Assembly: GCA_051648645.1 (NCBI GenBank)
Contig: JBOFFP010000001.1
Span: forward strand, 1-64,000
Origin: Candidatus Rhabdochlamydia sp.
GTDB taxonomy: Bacteria; Chlamydiota; Chlamydiia; Chlamydiales; Rhabdochlamydiaceae
Direction: 5' to 3'
Length of the DNA stretch: 64,000 nucleotides
Below are positions 58,383 to 64,000 of this stretch, piece by piece; position 1 is the first letter of the stretch, and the number at the start of each line of letters is the position of its first letter. The notes below the pieces were generated by a model. It ran no database searches. It had not been told where the DNA came from and was given only the letters and a program-made list of their open reading frames with translations. The translations under genes were made by a program, and so were the position numbers.

Positions 58383-59519
58383 ATGTTAAAGTGGTGTAAC
58401 CCTGTGCACAAAAAAATGGCTTTTACTGCAAAAGACACGCAGTTGCTTCCCTCATGCAAAAAAAATCAGAAAAAGAATCATGGACATACTTATGAACCTC
58501 TAGATTCTTCTTTTCGCAAAAAAGTAGATGCTGTTGCATGGATCTATTTTTCTCAGCAAAAGTTTTATAAAAAACCTCGAGATCCATCGATTTTTTATCC
58601 CCAAGAACTCGAAAAAGAAAGCATTTTGGAAACAATGCAAATCTCTACATGGAAAAAGTCTGTAAAAATGGTATTACAAGATCTTACATCTAGAAATAGC
58701 CTTTTAATAGAAGAGAACAAGAAAAAAAATGCAGAAATTATATCTTCATTAAACAAATTAGAAGAAATAAAAAAAGAAAATTCTAGCATGATACATGAAA
58801 TTATCAATCTAACCCTATTAGAACCATCATATATTGATGATAACATAGAATCTCATGTGCTAATAAGGCCTAAGAATTACAGGGAAGAAGATAACGCAAC
58901 ATTAATTCGTCAAGTTTCTTTAGAATCAGGCTATGGTTCTGAAAAAGAATCAGAGGTAACTAGCAGGTCTTCTTCCTCTAGCTCTTTAGGTATAATAGAA
59001 GAAAATAGCGATACTTTATTAGAACTATCTATCCATCAAAAATTGGTTGAAAAAAACAAGAATTGTAAAATAAAAATTAATGCTGAAGAGGAGCGTTTCA
59101 GCCCCTATTTAGCTGCAAAAAATGAACTGCTTGCTTTACAAGAGCTCTCTTTTCAAAGAATGGCATTAATAGAGAAAAATAAGGAACAAGAAGAAAGAAT
59201 TTGTTTGTTGGAAATTCGGATAGCAGAAGCTAAAGAAGACCTTTTTGATTTAGAAGAAAATAATAAGGCATTACATAAGACAAGCTTATTAAAAGAAATC
59301 CATCAACAGCAATTCTTAACCCAAATAGAGATTTGGGAGGAAAATATACACCAAGAACAAATAGAACTTAATAGCTTAGAAAACTCTTTTAAAAAAGGCA
59401 GTACGCTCAATACAAATATAGAAACCTTTACAAAGTGCCTAGAGCAAACTACAAAACTGCTTTCTTTGTTAAAAAATGATAATCTAAAAACAAAAGCAGG
59501 GAATTCTCCCTGCTCTTGA
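58383..59519 (+). CDS. Hypothetical coiled-coil protein with Ser-rich central linker
   Basis: 378 aa with AAGGA RBS; E/K-rich heptads flank RQVSLESGYGSEKESEVTSRSSSSSSLG. Confidence 0.72.
   Translation: MLKWCNPVHKKMAFTAKDTQLLPSCKKNQKKNHGHTYEPLDSSFRKKVDAVAWIYFSQQKFYKKPRDPSIFYPQELEKESILETMQISTWKKSVKMVLQDLTSRNSLLIEENKKKNAEIISSLNKLEEIKKENSSMIHEIINLTLLEPSYIDDNIESHVLIRPKNYREEDNATLIRQVSLESGYGSEKESEVTSRSSSSSSLGIIEENSDTLLELSIHQKLVEKNKNCKIKINAEEERFSPYLAAKNELLALQELSFQRMALIEKNKEQEERICLLEIRIAEAKEDLFDLEENNKALHKTSLLKEIHQQQFLTQIEIWEENIHQEQIELNSLENSFKKGSTLNTNIETFTKCLEQTTKLLSLLKNDNLKTKAGNSPCS
59495..59514 (-). terminator. nrdAB terminator, inside the 3' end of the convergent orphan gene
   Basis: AGCAGGGA-ATTC-TCCCTGCT followed on the minus strand by TTTGTTTTT. 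Confidence 0.75.
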
Positions 59520-60548
59520 TTACCAGGTAAGGGAAGAAGCAGATTGATACTCTGTTACACGAGTTTCAAAGAAGTTTTTTTCTTTACCAAGGTCCATTGT
59601 TTCACTCATCCAAGGGAATGGATTTTTTGATTTGTAGATCGCTTTAAGGCCAATTCTCTCTAGTCTACGATCTGCAACGTATTGTACATATTCGCGGAAC
59701 ATAGGAGAGGTAAGCCCCAAGATCCCTCTGGGAAGACAATCTTGAGCATACGCAATTTCTAATTCAACGGCATGTTTAACTTTTTGAATAATCAGATTTT
59801 GAAATTCTGATGTCCAAAGTGTTGGATTTTCTTCTTTAATTCCATTAATGAGATCTATCCCGAAGTTTAAATGAACCGTTTCATCACGTAAAATATATTG
59901 AAATTGTTCCCCAATTCCTGTCATTTTATTTTGGCGATGGAAGGAGAGAATCATGACAAAGCCACTATAGAAGAATATTCCTTCCATAATGATGTAGTAG
60001 CCAATGAGGTTTTCAAGAAATTTTTGTGCTCCTTGTGTTGTGTCAGTTGAGAAATTAGGGTCAAGAATCTCCGCTGTTAATTGCATTTGAAATTCATCCT
60101 TAGCTTTAATGCTAGGAATTTCATTATACATGTTAAAAACTAGGCCTTGATCAAGGTTTAGTGATTCGCAGATATAGACAAATGTATGGGTATGAATGGC
60201 TTCTTCAAATGCTTGACGTAGTAGGTATTGACGCACTTCAGGATTAGTTACATGCTTAAAGATAGCAAGGACAATATTATTGCCAACTAAACTCTCCGCG
60301 GTGCTAAAAAATCCAAGGTTGCGCATAATCACTCTGCGTTCATCTTCGCTTAAAACTTTGGATTTCCATAATTCAATATCTTTAGCCATGGGAACTTCCG
60401 TCGGCATCCAATGATTTGCACAACCATTCATATAATGCTCCCATGCCCAATTGTACTTAAGGGGCATGAGTTGATTTACGTCTACTTGGTTGCAGTTAAT
60501 CAGCTTTTTTTCTGCTACATTAACTCGTTTTTCTGCTGCTTTGTTCAT
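59520..60548 (-). CDS. nrdB: Ribonucleotide reductase beta subunit, class Ic (Mn/Fe) type
   Basis: TAESLV (Glu as first ligand), EEAIHTHTF (Phe at the radical-Tyr position), [25 protein letters not shown]. Confidence 0.95.
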   Translation of the reverse strand: MNKAAEKRVNVAEKKLINCNQVDVNQLMPLKYNWAWEHYMNGCANHWMPTEVPMAKDIELWKSKVLSEDERRVIMRNLGFFSTAESLVGNNIVLAIFKHVTNPEVRQYLLRQAFEEAIHTHTFVYICESLNLDQGLVFNMYNEIPSIKAKDEFQMQLTAEILDPNFSTDTTQGAQKFLENLIGYYIIMEGIFFYSGFVMILSFHRQNKMTGIGEQFQYILRDETVHLNFGIDLINGIKEENPTLWTSEFQNLIIQKVKHAVELEIAYAQDCLPRGILGLTSPMFREYVQYVADRRLERIGLKAIYKSKNPFPWMSETMDLGKEKNFFETRVTEYQSASSLTW

Positions 60549-60571
60549 GGTTTATGATCTCCTATTAAGTA

Positions 60572-63500
60572 TTATTGGCAACTTTCACAGCCCTCGTCTA
60601 GATTGCAAGAAACCTTGCGCTGCAGCTCAATGTTGCTTGAGGCTGATTTGTGTTTCATCCATCTAGGTTGCAAACCTCGTTTATTGATGTCGGTTGTCGA
60701 CTTTTCAACTTGAGTAGCCCCTAAAGAACGTAGATAATAGGTGGTTTTTAATCCTTTTTGCCAAGCAAAGAAGTACATTTGATGTAATTTTTTGCCACTA
60801 GGCTCTGCTAAATACAGATTTAAGGATTGTCCCATATCAATCCATTTTTGCCTGCGACTAGCACACTCAATGAGCCATTCGGGATCAATTTCAAAAGCTG
60901 TTAGGTAGACTTGTTTAATTTCTTGAGGAATGCGATCGATTTCTGCAATAGAACCATCAAAGTATATAAGATCATCGAGCATTTGTTTGTCCCAAATTCC
61001 AAGCTTTTTGAGACGATCTACAAGATATGCATTAGGAACTGTAAATTCCCCAGATAAATTGGATTTAGTGAATAGATTTTTATAAGATGGCTCAATCGAT
61101 TGAGTGACCGCCGTGATGTTGGAAATGGTTGCTGTTGGAGCAATTGCCATGGTATGGGAATTGCGCATGCCATGTTTTTTAATGGATTCGCGAACCGTAT
61201 TCCAATTCATACTAGACGTCTGGTCCATATCAAGATTAGTCCCCCTCGTCTTTTCCAATAGGGAAATGGTATCTATCGGTAACAATCCTCTTTCCCATTT
61301 TGAACCTTTGTAAGAAGAATAGGTGCCTTTTTCGCAAGCTAGTTCACTAGAGGCCAAAATGGCATAATAAGAGATCATTTCCATGCTTTTATCTGCAAAA
61401 GCAATGGCTTCATGGCTTGCATAGCTAATATTTAATGCATAAAGGGCATCTTGAAATCCCATGACTCCTAAACCAATGGGGCGATGTCTTAAATTTGCGT
61501 GACTTGCTTCCAATGTGGGATAAAAATTGATATCGATGACATTATCAAGCATACGTATTGCTGTACGAATGGTAGAGCTTAACTTTTCCTCATTGATTCC
61601 TTGAGGAGTCATATGCTGTATTAAGTTAACGGATCCTAAGTTACATACAGCCGTTTCATCAGAGGAGGTATTGAGTAAAATCTCTGTACATAAATTAGAG
61701 CTATGCACAACACCTACATGGTCTTGTGTAGATCTGATATTTGATGGATCTTTAAAAGTGATCCAAGGATGTCCTGTTTCAAATAACATACTGAGCATTT
61801 TGCGCCAGAGCTGAATAGCCTCGATTTGCTTAAATAATTTGATCTTTCCTGATTGTGTCATCTGTTCATATTCATGATAGCGTCTTTCAAATTCTACTCC
61901 ATAAAGGTCATGTAGATCAGGAACATCGCTTGGGCTAAATAAAGTCCATGTTCCATTTTCTTGAACGCGTTTCATAAATAGATCAGGGACCCAGTTAGCC
62001 GTATTCATGTCATGAGCACGCCTTCGATCATCACCTGTATTTTTGCGTAGCTCTAGAAAGTCTTCGATATCTAGATGCCAGGTTTCTAAATAGGCACACA
62101 TAGCACCTTTGCGTTTTCCACCTTGATTTACAGCTACTGCTGTGTCATTGGCTACCTTTAAGAAAGGGATAACTCCTTGACTACACCCATTTGTTCCTTT
62201 AATAATGGAACCTGTTGCCCTAACGTTAGTCCAATCATTGCCAATGCCTCCAGCCCATTTAGAGAGTTGTGCATTATCAGCAATCATATTGAAAATACAG
62301 CCTAAATCATCTTGTACCGTTAAGAGGTAGCAAGAGGATAGTTGAGAGTGAAGCGTTCCTGAATTAAACAACGTAGGAGTACTAGAGACAAAGAGAAAAG
62401 TGGAAAGAACATTATAAAACTCAATGGCACGTTCATTTTTTTGCTCTTCTTGCATGGCAAGACCCATAGCAATACGCATCCAAAAAATTTGCGGTGTTTC
62501 TAATCTGCGTTGTTCATGATGGATAAAATAGCGATCATATAAGGTTTGTAATCCAAGATAGGTAAATTGATCGTCTCTTTGCAATTGCATAGCATGACAG
62601 AGTAAATCTAGATCAAATTTTAATAAATCAGGATGTAACCTGCTTAGTTTAATTCCTTCTTTGATATATCTTTTAAAGTAGGTTCGATGAGACGATTCTA
62701 GGTCAGGATTTGAAGAAGTAATTTCCATGGTTTCTCGATAGAGAACATCTAATAACAAGCGAGCTGCTACCTTAGAGTAAGCTGGTTCAATTTCAATTTT
62801 TGTACGAGCTGCCATAATTTGAGCTAAATCGACTTCCTTTTCCTTAATCCCATTGTAAAAATTAGAAATTGTATTCTCCAAAAGTTCATCAGCAGATACC
62901 AGCTCTTCTAATCCACGACAAGCCACTTGAATACTGGTGAATAATTGTTTTTCTTTGATCACGCGCTTATTTTGTTGTTGATCAATAATGATAAATTCGC
63001 GTGTTGTTCTGTCTTCTGGAATAGGATGAGAGAACTTGAGTTTATTTTGTCGACCAAGCAGAGCTCTATGTAAGATAAAATGTTTTGCTACACTATAAAA
63101 GTCAGCTTTCATCAATTGTTGTTCAATTTCATCTTCGATTAAAATAGAACTAAGAATAACACCCGCTTTAGAAAGGCTCACTGCTCTAGCAACGACATTT
63201 TGTGTAAGTAAATTAATGGCTTCCACTACTTGATTGGGAGAAAACCCTGTGATTTCCATAGAAGAACGGAATGCTTTTTCTAAAGAAGAAGCAATTTTCA
63301 TAGGATTGAAGCGTACTTCTATTCCATCTTCTCTGACAATTTTTAAACTTTGTGCTGAATCATCGCGCAAGGCTTTATGCTGATCGCGATAAATGATATA
63401 ATCTCGTGCGACATCAAGATGTCCTGCTTTCATTAAACAAACTTCAACCTGGTCTTGAATTCCTTCAACGGTTAAAGAAGTTCCTTGGACAGCTAGTTTA

Positions 63501-63757
63501 TACAAGTCTCCAATCACTAGGTTAGCAATTTGTTCGATAGACTGTTGCAAAGACAAGCTAAGAGGGGTTTCTTTATCGACTTTCTTCGTATCGCGAAAGG
63601 CACATTCAATAGCTCTTAAGATTCTCTCTCGACGAAAAGGAACAATGCTACCATTACGTTTGACAACGGTAAAATGCTGTAGGAAAGAAGCAATCTGAGA
63701 CGGGGAGTCATGCTCTTTTAACTTCACAGGATCTTCTTGAGTCATTGAACCTTTCAT
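60572..63757 (-). CDS. nrdA: Ribonucleotide reductase alpha subunit with multiple N-terminal ATP cones
   Basis: VVKRNG and IVREDG cones plus a third degenerate one; [32 protein letters not shown]-terminal CESC. Confidence 0.97.
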   Translation of the reverse strand: MKGSMTQEDPVKLKEHDSPSQIASFLQHFTVVKRNGSIVPFRRERILRAIECAFRDTKKVDKETPLSLSLQQSIEQIANLVIGDLYKLAVQGTSLTVEGIQDQVEVCLMKAGHLDVARDYIIYRDQHKALRDDSAQSLKIVREDGIEVRFNPMKIASSLEKAFRSSMEITGFSPNQVVEAINLLTQNVVARAVSLSKAGVILSSILIEDEIEQQLMKADFYSVAKHFILHRALLGRQNKLKFSHPIPEDRTTREFIIIDQQQNKRVIKEKQLFTSIQVACRGLEELVSADELLENTISNFYNGIKEKEVDLAQIMAARTKIEIEPAYSKVAARLLLDVLYRETMEITSSNPDLESSHRTYFKRYIKEGIKLSRLHPDLLKFDLDLLCHAMQLQRDDQFTYLGLQTLYDRYFIHHEQRRLETPQIFWMRIAMGLAMQEEQKNERAIEFYNVLSTFLFVSSTPTLFNSGTLHSQLSSCYLLTVQDDLGCIFNMIADNAQLSKWAGGIGNDWTNVRATGSIIKGTNGCSQGVIPFLKVANDTAVAVNQGGKRKGAMCAYLETWHLDIEDFLELRKNTGDDRRRAHDMNTANWVPDLFMKRVQENGTWTLFSPSDVPDLHDLYGVEFERRYHEYEQMTQSGKIKLFKQIEAIQLWRKMLSMLFETGHPWITFKDPSNIRSTQDHVGVVHSSNLCTEILLNTSSDETAVCNLGSVNLIQHMTPQGINEEKLSSTIRTAIRMLDNVIDINFYPTLEASHANLRHRPIGLGVMGFQDALYALNISYASHEAIAFADKSMEMISYYAILASSELACEKGTYSSYKGSKWERGLLPIDTISLLEKTRGTNLDMDQTSSMNWNTVRESIKKHGMRNSHTMAIAPTATISNITAVTQSIEPSYKNLFTKSNLSGEFTVPNAYLVDRLKKLGIWDKQMLDDLIYFDGSIAEIDRIPQEIKQVYLTAFEIDPEWLIECASRRQKWIDMGQSLNLYLAEPSGKKLHQMYFFAWQKGLKTTYYLRSLGATQVEKSTTDINKRGLQPRWMKHKSASSNIELQRKVSCNLDEGCESCQ

Positions 63758-63903
63758 ATATTTTTTTGCTCCAAGTATTCGTTTGTTATCATGATTTTTT
63801 TTAGTTTTTTATAAAGATGTGCTAGCATGCTAGCTATTTCATTATGGCTCCTAGATTAACGCTTTAGGCAATTACAGCGAAGTCTAAAAAATAAAAGATC
63901 ATC

Positions 63904-63951
63904 CTACTACATATGGTAGTTTATGTGAATCATACACACCATATATAGTAG
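63904..63951. promoter_or_regulatory. Tandem NrdR boxes upstream of nrdA
   Basis: CTACTACATATGGTAG (63904-63919) and ACACCATATATAGTAG (63936-63951), 32 bp start to start, resembling acaCwAtATaTwGtgt. Confidence 0.85.
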
Positions 63952-64000
63952 CTAAGAGCTACTTGTCTATAAAAAAATATGCTTTTTTAAAAGTTATTTT

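Overview
AT-rich bacterial chromosome segment. Gene content and order indicate a member of the Chlamydiota, most likely an environmental, Rhabdochlamydia/Simkania-like lineage (inference from synteny, not a database match). The order resembles the chlamydial backbone: divergent groEL paralog, murF-mraY-murD-LysM-ftsW-murG-murC, FtsQ-like, KH protein, miaA, rsfS, fabF, NUDIX, aas, cysS, lysS, priA, ftsY, sucCD, htrA, M16 peptidase and class Ic nrdAB. Most of the window is housekeeping, with one tRNA-Cys. Small accessory patches sit between core genes. (i) A ~3.1 kb islet splits the cell-wall cluster between mraY and murD. It holds an intact GNAT, a TM-anchored heptad-repeat protein, an Rpn-nuclease C-terminal relic, a shattered RimJ-type GNAT pseudogene and a TPR-like orphan. 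(ii) A decayed effector-like ORF is bracketed by 28-bp direct repeats. (iii) There is a tandem LRR / F-box-LRR pair. (iv) There is a large-subunit catalase and several orphan effector-like genes. Regulatory sites readable from sequence are a near-consensus CIRCE upstream of the divergent groEL paralog and tandem NrdR boxes upstream of nrdA. No CRISPR array, rRNA, prophage or intact IS was seen. No complete novel system is demonstrable from sequence alone; the best leads are listed as hypotheses.
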